Assembly (NCBI GenBank): GCA_023300545.1
Contig: JALZVT010000167.1
Span: 153 to 64,152, forward strand
DNA: 64,000 bases
Direction of reading: 5' to 3'
From: Pseudomonadales bacterium
Lineage (GTDB): Bacteria > Pseudomonadota > Gammaproteobacteria > Pseudomonadales > Azotimanducaceae
Shown: piece by piece, positions 11,701 to 24,132 of the stretch
Numbering within the stretch: position 1 is the stretch's first letter
Layout: every line of letters starts with the position of its first letter
Translations under genes and position numbers: made by a program
Notes under the pieces: generated by a model
What the model was told of the DNA's origin: nothing
The model's database searches: none
The model's input: the letters and a program-made list of their open reading frames with translations, nothing else

Positions 11701-12215
11701 CTACGTTGCAAAACGCTATTCGCAAAATCGATAAGGAAACACGCATTAGGTTCAAAGAAACCTTCGAAGAAGTCGATAAACGACTCGGCGTGCTGTTTCC
11801 GAAAGTATTTGGCGGTGGACACGCCAGTTTAGAACTTACCGGGGAGGATCTGCTCGATACCGGGGTTTCGCTTATGGCGAGACCGCCGGGTAAACGTAAC
11901 GCGTCTGTTCACCTGTTATCAGGTGGAGAGAAGGCGTTGACGGCAATCGCGCTGATCTTTGCAATTTTTCAACTCAACCCATCGCCAGTTTGTCTGCTCG
12001 ATGAGGTTGATGCTCCGTTGGACGATTCCAACGTCGTGCGATTTGCCGACCTGATCAAAGAGATGTCGGCCGAAGTGCAGTTTGTAGTGATTACTCACAA
12101 CAAACTCACCATGGAGATGGCCGATCATCTCATGGGTGTCACACAGCATGAGGCAGGAGTGTCTCGTCTGGTTTCTGTAGATGTCGAGGAGGCAGCAGAA
12201 CTAGCAGCAGTTTAG
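8709..12215 (+). CDS. smc: Chromosome segregation protein SMC
   Basis: 1168 aa. N-terminal Walker A GPNGCGKSN, long coiled-coil arms, C-terminal signature LSGGEKALTAIAL and Walker B CLLDEVDAPLD. Confidence 0.95.
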   Translation: MRLKQIKLAGFKSFVDPTTVRFPGSRSAVVGPNGCGKSNVIDAVRWVMGESSAKQLRGESITDVIFSGSSARKPTSMATVELLFDNSDARIGGEYASYAEIAIRRQVTRDAQSSYFINGKKCRRRDILDVFLGTGFGPRSYSIIEQGMISQLIEAKPEELRVYLEEAAGISKYKERRRETENRIKHTVENLDRLNDIREELEKQLAKLNRQASAAAKYRELKEEERELTAQLYTLRLIGVDGDLEDREKAITELENQRAEKLAQIQGEETKIEKSRLEYTERSEAMNSVQSQFYKFGSDINRIEEAVKYNQQRVAQLELDLDTVSTRDGEARRQLEMDDTRINEYEETLATLSPQLDEARDGDESQRSALGEVETEVQAWQSGWDEFSSQSAQAEQAAQVQAARIDHVENLLQRLRGRMQQLQMEAAADTESEVTSDVASLTEQIEQTEAQQQAIQGEVAEALEALSAGREALSQAERSLEDSRTVVNDLRHELTSTEALQKAALGEHNTDVQTWLAEQSLQGGARLGEQLSVVPGWELAVEAVLGGDLQAIRVDQIDGYADALARLPSGSVTLFEGRTQATTDGALPLLATLVRGDELGLGALIDGVYAAESVSVALAQRESLANFESIVTRDGLWFGRDWVRAIRGEENETGIIQRAQQIETLSIALEEAEQRLADLQDSVAETKISIQDSETTRDALQQRSGELDRELGQLRADLGVKQVRIEEAESRRERLIKERTDIEAQVATESLVLTEARGRLGEAETIREAQTERRLVMLEERDSNSVRLEEARSAARAAQDRFHQINSELQNATSHLSAARTARDRLVAQTEELVERRKAITDGIESSQQPLPELQEQLEGLLAERLTSESSLSELRGALEQVDRDIRSQEEHRGTFESALEALRGKLEQARVDRQGLTVKAETLREQLGTTGLEFDAVKETLPEEASDKAWTEALDKMERRINRLGPINLAAIDEFESQSERKTYLDAQFADLEEALATLQNAIRKIDKETRIRFKETFEEVDKRLGVLFPKVFGGGHASLELTGEDLLDTGVSLMARPPGKRNASVHLLSGGEKALTAIALIFAIFQLNPSPVCLLDEVDAPLDDSNVVRFADLIKEMSAEVQFVVITHNKLTMEMADHLMGVTQHEAGVSRLVSVDVEEAAELAAV

Positions 12216-12313
12216 AACGCTTTACTGGTTATAAAACGGCCAGGTTTTGAGCGCGTTCGAAACGTTTTTGCTGCGTAAAGACGAAGCATTCTCTGTGCCT
12301 GAGGAGAGTTGAG

Positions 12314-13852
12314 ATGGATATTAAGAGCTGGATACTGCTGGTTGGCACTGTGCTGATTGTTGCAGTTATCTGTCATGGATTCTGGACCGCTTACCGTGCG
12401 CGCAAAAACGATGTGCGCATGGAAATCGAGGCAGATATTCCCCAGGATGACTTGGACGAAATGGTCCTGTTGCGCGGAGAACTGCCTAATGGTGGTGCTC
12501 GTGTTACTCCGACCGTTGGTTTTGAAGCGCTGCGAATGAAAGATCGTCAGGTGGTCAGCGATGAGGATGCGCTGATCGACTTGCCGCTGGATGAGGTGGC
12601 TGCATTTGCGCAGGAAGGTGCGTTTGATGCGTCTGCTGCCAGTCAAGGTATAGCACCTGATGAGGGTAACTTTGATGCGGGCTACGAACCTGAACAGACC
12701 TCACTGGACCTTGCTGTTGATGACAACGGAGTTGGTCTTGAGGAGCGCTATGCGGCACGCGTTGCCGCGGAGTTAGATGAGAGCGCGAGTGCGCAAGCAG
12801 CACCACTCTTGGTCGATGCGACTCTCACGCCGCGGGACGAGCGCGCGAGTGAGGTTTCTGCACCGCAACCGCGCAAGAAATTAATCGCCACACAAGACCA
12901 GCCTTTGCCGCGAAAGCAGTTTGAGCCCCCTCTACCTGAAGAGGTGGCGGCGCAAGAACTAGCTGTACAGGAACTGGCTAAGGTTCGTGCTCAAGAACGG
13001 GCGGAAGAAGAGGCGCAGGCTGCAGCGCGTGCAAAGGCCGAAGAACGGGCCGAAGAGCTTGCGTTGGTTGCTGAGAAAAGTCGTCTGCGTCGTGCTCAGG
13101 CAGCAGAAGCAGAAGCTCGAGCTGTCGAGGCCCGCGCACTAGAGCAAGCTCGTCTCGCTCAGGAGCAGGCCGCAAAAGAAGCGCAAGCGGCGGCAAAGCT
13201 TGAAGAGGCCCGTATCGCAGAACAGGCTAAGCAGCGAGAGCAACAGCAAGCAGAGGCTGGGCGTATCGAGCGTCTGGATCGCGAGAAGCGGATACGTGCA
13301 GAAACACGTAAAGCCCTTGAGGCGCCAGAGCAACCACAGCTGGCCTTTGCCCAGGACGAGCCCGTTAGAGCAAACAAGAGCCGTGGGGCTCGTGAGCACA
13401 CCGCAGAGGCGGGTGCGGGCGGTGGTGAAGAACTGGTCGTGCTGAATGTCATTGCGAAAACCTCAGCGTTCCAAGGGGGAGATGTTCTAGAGCTGTTCCT
13501 GCGTAATGGCATCAAATTTGGTGATATGAATATCTTTCACCGCATCGATCCGGTCACTAAAGCCAGTCAGTACAGCATTGCCAGTCTCACAGAGCCGGGT
13601 TACTTTGATTTGCGGACTATGGATGCGATGCAAATTAAGGGTTTGTGTCTGTTTATGCAGTTACCCGGCCCCGGTCAGCCGACCAAGGTGTTTACCGATA
13701 TGCTGACGGTTGCCGACAAGCTGGCTCGCCAGCTTGACGCTGAAGTTTGCGATGAGCAGTTCAATCGTCTGACACGGCAGAGTACCGAGCATTACCGTCA
13801 GCGTGTCGCTGAGTTTTCCCGACGGCAGATGGCAAAAAGGGCGTTGGTATAG
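12314..13852 (+). CDS. zipA: Cell division protein ZipA
   Basis: GAGGAG Shine-Dalgarno (SD). N-terminal TM (WILLVGTVLIVAVICHGFW), very long E/A/Q/R/K-rich linker, and a conserved C-terminal globular domain (FGDMNIFHR...GLCLFMQLPGP). Sits between smc and ligA. Confidence 0.88.
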   Translation: MDIKSWILLVGTVLIVAVICHGFWTAYRARKNDVRMEIEADIPQDDLDEMVLLRGELPNGGARVTPTVGFEALRMKDRQVVSDEDALIDLPLDEVAAFAQEGAFDASAASQGIAPDEGNFDAGYEPEQTSLDLAVDDNGVGLEERYAARVAAELDESASAQAAPLLVDATLTPRDERASEVSAPQPRKKLIATQDQPLPRKQFEPPLPEEVAAQELAVQELAKVRAQERAEEEAQAAARAKAEERAEELALVAEKSRLRRAQAAEAEARAVEARALEQARLAQEQAAKEAQAAAKLEEARIAEQAKQREQQQAEAGRIERLDREKRIRAETRKALEAPEQPQLAFAQDEPVRANKSRGAREHTAEAGAGGGEELVVLNVIAKTSAFQGGDVLELFLRNGIKFGDMNIFHRIDPVTKASQYSIASLTEPGYFDLRTMDAMQIKGLCLFMQLPGPGQPTKVFTDMLTVADKLARQLDAEVCDEQFNRLTRQSTEHYRQRVAEFSRRQMAKRALV

Positions 13853-13859
13853 GGCTGTT

Positions 13860-13883
13860 GGGGGTGGAATTTATTCTGCCCCC
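13860..13883. repeat. Palindromic hairpin element, variant copy (GGGGGTGGAATTTATTCTGCCCCC)
   Basis: Lies 8 nt after the zipA stop. Same architecture as the copies at 32991 and 55011, with one compensatory pair change and two G-U wobble changes. Confidence 0.6.
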
Positions 13884-13939
13884 GACCGCGTTTAACTTTC
13901 ACTAATATCCTGCTTCTTCTCGTGGCAACTGCAAGCTAA

Positions 13940-16667
<2,728 letters not shown>

Positions 16668-16709
16668 TGAAAGCGTATCGCTGCGAGATGGTTGCTTGAA
16701 GGTATGGGG

Positions 16710-17981
16710 CTATTCCCCACCCAAAGCCCCAAACCCTCCAGTGGCATAGCTCACGCGATAAATGCTGCCGGTTTGATCATCTGAAATCAGCAGATCACCT
16801 TCGGGTGTCATGAGTACATCACTTGGACGCCCCCAGTTGGCTTGCTCTTGCAGCCAGCCAGTGATGAAGGGCGCATATTGGGGACCCTTGGCAGTTTCAA
16901 ACATCACGCTTATCCGATAACCCACCTTTTCTTTGCGGTTCCAGGATCCGTGCTCAGCGATGAACAACGCATTTTTGTAGCGCTCTGGAAATGCCTGTTC
17001 ACCTTTTGCTGTGTAAAAATCGAGCCCAAGTGCTGCTGAGTGAGCCTGAATTTGCAGCAGAGGAGGTTGATAGTCTTCTGGCTTGTGGCCCTCACCAAAC
17101 TCGGGATCGGGAATGCTGCCGGCATGGATGTACGGGTAGCCGTAGTGCGCGCCAGCCGTGGTGACGCGATTGATCTCTTCGGCTGGAACGTCTTCGCCTA
17201 GCCTGTCACGACCATTGTCGCTGAAGTACATCTGCTGGGAGTCAGGGTGCCAGGCCATGCCCACGGTATTGCGCACGCCAGCCGCGTAAATGCTGGTTTC
17301 GCCGGTTTTGGGATCCATACGTAGTATTGAGGCGAAGCGAGGGTCTTTGGACAGGCAAATGTTGCAGGGTGCACCGACGGGAACATAAAGCGCATTGTCT
17401 GGACCGATGCTTAAGTACTTCCAGCCGTGGTGTTGTTTGTCGGGCAGGGTGTCGTTGATAACCTCTGGGTCGCCGGGCAGGTCGAGGTGGTCGTCGATGT
17501 TGTCCCAGCGCAACACCCGGTCGAGAGCGCCGACAAACAGGCTGCCGTCGTGCCAGGCGAGGCCGCTGGGCATGCTCAGACCGCTCGCAATCGTGCGAAC
17601 TTTTATTGGGGCCGAAAACCCGGTTGGGTCCTTTGACTCTTGCCAGCCAGTTACGGCATAAACGTTGCCGGCCTTGCGGGTGCCGACATAGAGCACGCCG
17701 GAGTCTGACAGGGCCATCTGTCGGGCGTTAGGCACGGCGGTAGTGACCAGCGCAATATCGAAACCGGGTGGCAGTAGGAGCTTACCGAGATTCTTCTCTG
17801 CAGCGTTTTGTGCTGCCCCAGCGCCAGCACTGGTAAAGATCAGCCCTGTGCTCAAGACCAGGGCGCTCCAAACTTTCTGTCCTAAGCCGTTCTGCACTGG
17901 GCGCTGAGCGGCGGTTTGCGTAGGTTCTGCGCCGGCGTGCGCCCTTGGCCCAAGTGTGGTGGGTATGGTTCGGTGCGTCAT
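16710..17981 (-). CDS. PQQ-dependent soluble sugar (glucose/sorbosone) dehydrogenase family protein
   Basis: 423 aa with a signal peptide and beta-propeller-type repeats. Contains segments recalled from this family (HGWKYLSIGPD, GRDRLGEDVPAEEINRV, GAHYGYPY). Confidence 0.7.
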   Translation of the reverse strand: MTHRTIPTTLGPRAHAGAEPTQTAAQRPVQNGLGQKVWSALVLSTGLIFTSAGAGAAQNAAEKNLGKLLLPPGFDIALVTTAVPNARQMALSDSGVLYVGTRKAGNVYAVTGWQESKDPTGFSAPIKVRTIASGLSMPSGLAWHDGSLFVGALDRVLRWDNIDDHLDLPGDPEVINDTLPDKQHHGWKYLSIGPDNALYVPVGAPCNICLSKDPRFASILRMDPKTGETSIYAAGVRNTVGMAWHPDSQQMYFSDNGRDRLGEDVPAEEINRVTTAGAHYGYPYIHAGSIPDPEFGEGHKPEDYQPPLLQIQAHSAALGLDFYTAKGEQAFPERYKNALFIAEHGSWNRKEKVGYRISVMFETAKGPQYAPFITGWLQEQANWGRPSDVLMTPEGDLLISDDQTGSIYRVSYATGGFGALGGE

Positions 17982-18126
17982 CGTAATCCTCTGGACAATC
18001 CACGGGTGGCGGGTCTATTGCGTTGTCGGGGCATGGTCTACACTCGCCCCCCCCTAAACAACAACACCATTGTAGCCCGGCTGGGACAGCATGGCGTGTT
18101 GTGTACCCGGTCAAACCGCAGGTTCC

Positions 18127-20241
18127 ATGGCAGACATTGTACTTAGTGACGACGTAAAGGCAGAAATTCAGGAGGGTTACCGCAATTGGCTGGGTGCTCG
18201 GAAATTTCGCGCGCGCCGCGGTCAGCGTGAAATGATAGCCACAGTCGCTCGTACCCTGTCTGGGCCGAAGCTCCGAGTGGCTGCTATTGAGGCTGGCACG
18301 GGCACCGGCAAGACGGCAGCCTATGCCTTAGCAGCTATCCCGATCGGCAAGGCTTCGGGCAAGAACGTCGTTATTTCAACCGCAACGGTTGCTCTGCAAG
18401 AACAGGTGGTGCTGCGGGACCTACCCGACCTGCAGAACAACGCCGGTGTACGTTTTAACTTTGCTCTGGCCAAAGGGCGGGCGCGGTATGTCTGTCTGAA
18501 GCGGCTGGATGACAATCTGCGTGGTGATTCCCAGCAACAGCTGATTCCGACCTTTGACTCAGTAGACGAAGAAGGGCGTGCGCTCTACGAACAGATGCTC
18601 AGCGAGTTTGGTGCCGGTCACTGGGATGGCGAAATTGATTCCTGGGAGGATGGGATCGAGAACGAGCTCTGGCGCCCGGTCACAACAGATCACCGGGGGT
18701 GCAGCAACAATCGTTGTAGCTATTTCAAGCAATGCCCGTTTTTTAAAGCACGTGGCGAGCTGGAAGGTGCTGACGTTATCGTTGTTAACCACGACCTGCT
18801 GTTGGCAGATCTGAGCCTGGGTGGCGGTGCGGTATTGCCTGCTCCCGATGAGTGTATTTACGTGATCGATGAGGCTCATCATCTACCGGGCAAAACCCAA
18901 CAGCACTTCACGCATCGATTGCGTCTGCGTAGCACGTTGCAGTGGTTAGATTCAGTCTCGTCGGGCGTCGCCACACTTACCCAGCGATTTGGTCGGCCAG
19001 CTGAACTCGAGCCTATCGCGCAAAACCTTGCTGCAGACTGCGTCACTTTTTCCGAGGTGCTGCAGCGTCTGTCAGACCTTGTGGCCGAACTGCCCTTTGA
19101 AACTCGCGACGATGAATTGTTGACCTATCGGTTTGCTTACGGCGAAGTGCCACCCGACCTCATGGCGGTGGCAGCCGAGGCGATCCCGGGGGCTGAGTCG
19201 ATAGATAATGCACTGGAAGATGTGCGCGACATGCTGCAAGAGGTGCTGGATGGTGATCGTCAGTGGAGCAATGCGTTTGAGGCCGAAGATTGGCTTGGAG
19301 CGGTTGGCCAGTTTCAGGCGCGCGCCGAGTCTATTGTGGGATTGATTCGTGATTACGCCAAGTCCAGCACCGTGAACGACACGCCCGATAGAGCCAGTGC
19401 GCCCGACCACGCTCGCTGGATCAATCAGCAGTACGAAGACTTTGAATTGATCAGTGCGCCGTTGTTGCCCGGTGATCTGCTGATGGATTCACTGTGGAGT
19501 GTGGCTGGGGCTGCGATCTGTACCTCAGCGACGCTGACCATGGCGGGTAACTTCACCAGTTTTCTTGAGCGTGCGGGGTTACCTGCAGACTGCACGGCGC
19601 AGCGTATTCCCAGTCCGTTTGATTACGCCCGTATCGCCTCGTTTCGGGTCCCAGAAATGCAAACCGAACCGCGCGATTTTGCAGGGCATTCGCAGGAAGT
19701 TGCTGATTTGCTGCCGGGGCTGCTTGCTGAACGTACCAGCGCACTGGTGTTGTTTACGTCCTGGCGCCAATTGAAAGAAGTTCGGGCGCTGTTGCCCATC
19801 GATTTGTCTGACTCTATTCGTTGGCAGGGTTCTGGCAGCAAGCAGAAGTTGATGAACGAGCACCGCGCAAGTGTTGAAGCCGGGGAGTCTGCCTATTTGG
19901 CCGGGGTTGCGAGTTTTGCCGAGGGCGTGGATCTACCGGATGACTACTGCCGACACGTCATATTGGTGAAGTTGCCGTTCTCGGTGCCCGACGATCCGCT
20001 GGATCAGGCATTAGCCGAGTGGGTAGAGTCCCAAGGACGCAATGCGTTCATGGATATCTCAGTACCTGACGCCATCATTCGGCTGGTGCAGTCGTGCGGG
20101 CGGTTGATTCGTCATGAAGGCGACCATGGCCTGATCACCTGCCTCGACAAGCGGCTGGTGACCAAGCGTTACGGCCAAACCTTGCTTGACTCACTACCGC
20201 CGTTTTCTCGAGATCTAAATTATCGGGTACCCGACGCTTAG
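18127..20241 (+). CDS. dinG: ATP-dependent DNA helicase DinG
   Basis: Walker A EAGTGTGKT, DEAH box VIDEAHHL, and four Cys consistent with the DinG Fe-S cluster (YVCLK, RGCS, NRCS, KQCP). I prefer the start at MADIVLSDD (18127) over 18091. Confidence 0.88.
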   Translation: MADIVLSDDVKAEIQEGYRNWLGARKFRARRGQREMIATVARTLSGPKLRVAAIEAGTGTGKTAAYALAAIPIGKASGKNVVISTATVALQEQVVLRDLPDLQNNAGVRFNFALAKGRARYVCLKRLDDNLRGDSQQQLIPTFDSVDEEGRALYEQMLSEFGAGHWDGEIDSWEDGIENELWRPVTTDHRGCSNNRCSYFKQCPFFKARGELEGADVIVVNHDLLLADLSLGGGAVLPAPDECIYVIDEAHHLPGKTQQHFTHRLRLRSTLQWLDSVSSGVATLTQRFGRPAELEPIAQNLAADCVTFSEVLQRLSDLVAELPFETRDDELLTYRFAYGEVPPDLMAVAAEAIPGAESIDNALEDVRDMLQEVLDGDRQWSNAFEAEDWLGAVGQFQARAESIVGLIRDYAKSSTVNDTPDRASAPDHARWINQQYEDFELISAPLLPGDLLMDSLWSVAGAAICTSATLTMAGNFTSFLERAGLPADCTAQRIPSPFDYARIASFRVPEMQTEPRDFAGHSQEVADLLPGLLAERTSALVLFTSWRQLKEVRALLPIDLSDSIRWQGSGSKQKLMNEHRASVEAGESAYLAGVASFAEGVDLPDDYCRHVILVKLPFSVPDDPLDQALAEWVESQGRNAFMDISVPDAIIRLVQSCGRLIRHEGDHGLITCLDKRLVTKRYGQTLLDSLPPFSRDLNYRVPDA

Positions 20242-20250
20242 CTTTCTTCT

Positions 20251-23112
20251 TTAAACTTCCTCTTTAAATTTGCCGGGGCTCGAAACCTGGTAATAGGCGT
20301 TTGTCAGTTTGCTTTGTAGCATTTTTACGGCTTGCTGCATGGTCGCCTGGTCGAGCTTTTCTACTTCTGCAGCGATCCGTTCTCGACCGTCGAAGGTTTT
20401 GATGTCAAACAGCAGGTCGCCCCAGTAGCGTTGCGCTCGGCCGTGCTGGTTTTTATCCTTCTCACGTAGTGCGCTGAGGTAACCGGTTTTTGCGGCCGCG
20501 AAGTCTACGGCAGGCATGTTGGCGATCACGTTTGCATAACCGTCGACAAAGTCGATAGTGGCTTGGCGAACAGCGCTGGATGATGCAACGGGCGATTGCA
20601 CAACAAACACCAGACCAGGCGTTTTGTGCATGCGACCGTTAGCCGCGGCAACAACGTACCCCAGCTGTTGTTCGGTACGCAGTGCCGTGAAGTACGGTGA
20701 GCGAACGAGCTGGCTGAGTAAGCCAAAGCGTGCCTGTTCGGCTTCAGATTCACTATCACCCTGAACATAAAGAACGGTTGCGGAGTCGTCGTGGTCAACG
20801 TTAACGACCGAATCACCGGGGCCTGACAGAGGCAAAATCGTTGGTGTCGTTGGCGCAACGGCGGATAAAGGTAGTCGGCTGCGTAGCGAGCGTTGCAGTG
20901 CAGTTACCCGGCTTTTGCTGACATTGCCATGTAATAGTCCGCGAACACCGACTTTACTCAGTGCGTTGTCGCGCCAGGCCGTGAGCGTTGCTGGTGTAAG
21001 ACTCTCGAGCCCTTTGGCCAATTCTTCTGGTGCAAACTGCTGGCTGTTAACTCTAACGCGCAGAGCAGTCCAAGCCTGAGTGTAGGGCCGTTCTGAACTG
21101 AAGTTGCGCCAGTCAGTCAGCATTTCTTGTTGGACCAGTGCAAAGCGCTCCGGATCGATTTGCAGACCGACAAACTCTTCCAGAACCCGATCGAGTAACA
21201 GCTGTTGCTTGTCGCTGTAGCCCGCCACATTGATGCTGAAGCCGCTACCTGAGCTACCAATACCGTAGCCCAATCCGGCGAGCTGCGCGGAGTACATGCT
21301 GGCGTTGAGCGTATCTTGCACAAGGCGGGCATAGATGCGCGAAGTGGCCGCGTCGGCAGCGGTTGTATTGCCGCCCGGTCTGGCAATCTGTAAGAACATG
21401 CTGGAGCGCGGCGTACCAAACTCGGTATCTGGTGCCAGCCAAAGTTCAATGCCTGGTTCGTCTACGGCCAATACCGGGTCAGCCTTACCGCCTTGCTCTA
21501 GGTCAAGACGCTTGGGGACAAAGGGGTTGGCCTGCGGTAGGCGCAGTGCGGGGTTGGTGTCTTCGTTAAATTTAACGACCGTGGTTTCCAGCGCGTAGGG
21601 CACGTCAAACCATTCTTCGGTTCGATCGGTTTCGAGGTTGTTAGCCGCTCGGGTAATGGCAACGTTGTCTGGATTCAGCTGATTCAAGTACGACTCAATG
21701 AGCTCTGCATCCCATGTCTGCATAAGCAATGGCCCGGTGAGGAGCTGCGAAGGAGGGTATTGAGCCATGAGAGGGGCAAGCGAATAGACCAAGCCTGTTG
21801 CTGAGCCCTTCTCGCGGAAACGAAAAGCGAGCTGGGCGAGGGCAGCCTGTTCGTCATAGCGCCAGCGCTCAACCCCACTGGCCTTGATCAGTTCAACATA
21901 GTCGAATAGAGCTTCAGTGATTGTCGGAATCTGCTTTGCGCCATCATCAGTTAGTTCGATATCGATACTGATAAACGAATTGTCATCATCGAATCGCTGT
22001 GCTGATGCGCCCAGTGATTCCACCAGGCCGAGCTCTCGCAGGTAATTGTAGAGACTGCCTTTGCCTTCATGACCCAGCAGGTTAGAGATGAAGATGCCTG
22101 GCTTGGTCGCGGCATGGGGCTTTAGGCTAGGTACTGGGAAGTTATAGCTCAGTGATTGGGTGTCTTTCAGTGTTTTGTGCCGTACTTCGATGGGTAGCAA
22201 TTCTCGTTTCACTACCTGTGGCAAGGCTTTTCGAGGACCGATATTGTGGTTGCTTATGGCGCTGAATTTTCCGGTCACCATGGTCTCGAGCTCATCGAGC
22301 GTGTTGCGTCCCAGCACCACGAGCGTCATTTGATCAGCAGAATAGTTTTCCTTGAAAAACTTCAGCAAGTCAGATTGCACATCGCCATCGAGCGTGTCTA
22401 GGCTGCCGATGTTAAAGCGGGTGCCTGGGTGTGCGGGGTTCATGCTTTTCTTTTGTACTGCAAAACCGCGCCAACCATCGTCTTTTAGTTGTAGCTGATA
22501 TTCACTGTGTACCGCTTTCTTTTCGCGGTCGACGTAGTTTGGGTCGAGCAGAGGCGCAACAAAAAATTGTGCAAAACGGTCGAGTGCTTCGTCGAGTGCT
22601 TCGGGGCGCACATCAAAGAAATAGTTAGTGTGATCGCCTGATGTGTAGGCGTTGCTGCTGCCACCTTGGGTCGCCAGGAAACCTTGATAGCCGTCGAGCT
22701 CTGGATATTTTTCGGTACCAATAAACAGCATGTGCTCTAAGAAATGCGCAAGTCCCGGCCGCTGGGCCGGCTCGTCATAGCTGCCGCGCAAAACCGCGAG
22801 CGCGGCGGCTGACTTGTCGGTTGTCTCATCAGCGACCAGCAATACTCGAACACCGTTTTGTAAGGTGAGGTAGCGGTATTCTCGATCGTCGTTGGGGCTG
22901 GTGACTATCTGCGAGGAGTTGCTCGATGCCGGTTCGCTGTTGCTGGTGGCCGTCGATGTCGTCGGATCGTTTGCGCAAGCGCTGATAAGCAGGGTCAGCA
23001 ACACGCTGGCCAGAGGCAGGCGTCGCTGTGCTCTTATTGGGGTCGCTAGAGCTGGCGACGCATGGCGAGAGGCGCTGGAGAAGCTGTTAAAAAGTATCGT
23101 GAGGTGCATCAA
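20251..23112 (-). CDS. M16 (insulinase/pitrilysin-like) zinc metallopeptidase, probable lipoprotein
   Basis: 953 aa. Inverted zinc motif HFLEHMLF followed by GTEKYP. Its size suggests an E. coli protease III-like, multi-domain (probably four-domain) architecture. N-terminal lipobox-like LLISAC. Confidence 0.85.
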   Translation of the reverse strand: MMHLTILFNSFSSASRHASPALATPIRAQRRLPLASVLLTLLISACANDPTTSTATSNSEPASSNSSQIVTSPNDDREYRYLTLQNGVRVLLVADETTDKSAAALAVLRGSYDEPAQRPGLAHFLEHMLFIGTEKYPELDGYQGFLATQGGSSNAYTSGDHTNYFFDVRPEALDEALDRFAQFFVAPLLDPNYVDREKKAVHSEYQLQLKDDGWRGFAVQKKSMNPAHPGTRFNIGSLDTLDGDVQSDLLKFFKENYSADQMTLVVLGRNTLDELETMVTGKFSAISNHNIGPRKALPQVVKRELLPIEVRHKTLKDTQSLSYNFPVPSLKPHAATKPGIFISNLLGHEGKGSLYNYLRELGLVESLGASAQRFDDDNSFISIDIELTDDGAKQIPTITEALFDYVELIKASGVERWRYDEQAALAQLAFRFREKGSATGLVYSLAPLMAQYPPSQLLTGPLLMQTWDAELIESYLNQLNPDNVAITRAANNLETDRTEEWFDVPYALETTVVKFNEDTNPALRLPQANPFVPKRLDLEQGGKADPVLAVDEPGIELWLAPDTEFGTPRSSMFLQIARPGGNTTAADAATSRIYARLVQDTLNASMYSAQLAGLGYGIGSSGSGFSINVAGYSDKQQLLLDRVLEEFVGLQIDPERFALVQQEMLTDWRNFSSERPYTQAWTALRVRVNSQQFAPEELAKGLESLTPATLTAWRDNALSKVGVRGLLHGNVSKSRVTALQRSLRSRLPLSAVAPTTPTILPLSGPGDSVVNVDHDDSATVLYVQGDSESEAEQARFGLLSQLVRSPYFTALRTEQQLGYVVAAANGRMHKTPGLVFVVQSPVASSSAVRQATIDFVDGYANVIANMPAVDFAAAKTGYLSALREKDKNQHGRAQRYWGDLLFDIKTFDGRERIAAEVEKLDQATMQQAVKMLQSKLTNAYYQVSSPGKFKEEV

Positions 23113-23414
23113 TCAAGAATCCTGAAACTTGGGACCAGTCGGGGTTGTCGGGTCAGCGTTATAGGCCCTGTGTTTTAGGGCCAGTTTGTTGGGTAAATAG
23201 TCGGTTGCCGGAGCTCGGGGTTGTCATAGGCCGTGCAGAACCTTTGAACTCGGTATTGCCGCTTCGTTCCCTGAGCGTATTCATACAGGGTTCAGTCGCC
23301 GCTGCCTACTGTGGAGCCACATTCAGCCTCTGCAGACCAACATTGAGGCTGTGAGTAGCGCGGCGCCAACGCTGGAATCAGGTACGGCCCGCAACCCCAG
23401 TAAGGAGTAGTGAC

Positions 23415-24092
23415 ATGAAAACAAGAATCCAACAGTCCGATCAAACATCACCCATTTTGGCATCACCCCGTCAAAATCGGCGCAAGCGTGGTGCCAGAGC
23501 TTTGCTGGGTGTAACGCTTGCGGCGTCGTTGAGCCTGCCTGGGTTTGCCAATGGTGTTCACCGTGGCCCGGCGCGGGCTGAAGTGATTGGCTCCCAGCCG
23601 ATCTATCGCACGATTGAGGTCGCTATTCCACGAGAGGTCTGCCGCGATGAGCGGGTTCGTCAAACAGGCTGGCAGTCAGCTGGTCACGATACGCGTTATG
23701 ACAACAGATATGACAGCCGCTCCAGTCGCTCCCGGACACCTGGCGTTGTTGGCGCGATCATTGGTGGCGCTTTGGGCCACTCGGTGGGGCGCGGTAAAAC
23801 AAACAAGAGAATTGGCACCGCCGTTGGCGCCATTCTGGGCGGCACAATTGGCGGCGATATCTCACGGCGTAATCAGCAGCGTTCCGTTGACAACGAGCGC
23901 TATCAGGATCGCACTGTGAGCTATCGCACAGAACGGGTTTGCCGGGAAGAAACCGACTATCGCACTGAGCAGCAGATCAGCGGTTATGACGTGACCTACG
24001 TATATGCTGGCGAAACCTACACTGCGGTGCTGGATGAGGACCCCGGGCGCTATCTGGACGTGCGGGTGCGGGTGAACCCTGTATCTTCATAG
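23415..24092 (+). CDS. Glycine-zipper 2TM domain protein (YcfJ-like)
   Basis: AAGGAG SD and a signal peptide. Glycine-zipper stretch GVVGAIIGGALGHSVGRG...GTAVGAILGGTIGGDI. Confidence 0.7.
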   Translation: MKTRIQQSDQTSPILASPRQNRRKRGARALLGVTLAASLSLPGFANGVHRGPARAEVIGSQPIYRTIEVAIPREVCRDERVRQTGWQSAGHDTRYDNRYDSRSSRSRTPGVVGAIIGGALGHSVGRGKTNKRIGTAVGAILGGTIGGDISRRNQQRSVDNERYQDRTVSYRTERVCREETDYRTEQQISGYDVTYVYAGETYTAVLDEDPGRYLDVRVRVNPVSS

Positions 24093-24132
24093 CACCCAGT
24101 GCCATTAATGATGGGTTACAATCAGCAGAGCC

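Noticed and set aside
12262-12279. Small stem (CGTT-cga-AACG) plus TTTTT after smc as a terminator
   Set aside because: The stem is only 4 bp, which is too weak to call.
12950-13330. Quasi-repetitive GAAGAGGC/GCAGC-rich DNA considered as a tandem repeat or array
   Set aside because: It lies in frame within zipA and encodes the charged linker. The units are imperfect, with no spacer-and-repeat organisation.
18091-18126. Upstream start of dinG (MACCVPGQTAGS...)
   Set aside because: The Cys-rich, non-conserved-looking peptide is unconvincing, and the MADIVLSDD start fits helicase N-termini better. I keep this with only modest certainty.
23171-23188. PhoP-box-like direct repeat TGTTTT-N6-AGTTTG upstream of the glycine-zipper / two-component module
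   Set aside because: Spacing is 12 bp rather than the canonical 11 bp and the half-sites are weak. The site lies about 230 bp from the start codon, so it cannot be distinguished from chance by eye.
23145-23354. 69-aa ORF in the peptidase / glycine-zipper divergent spacer
   Set aside because: It has no SD and no motif, and its composition is consistent with non-coding promoter or leader DNA.
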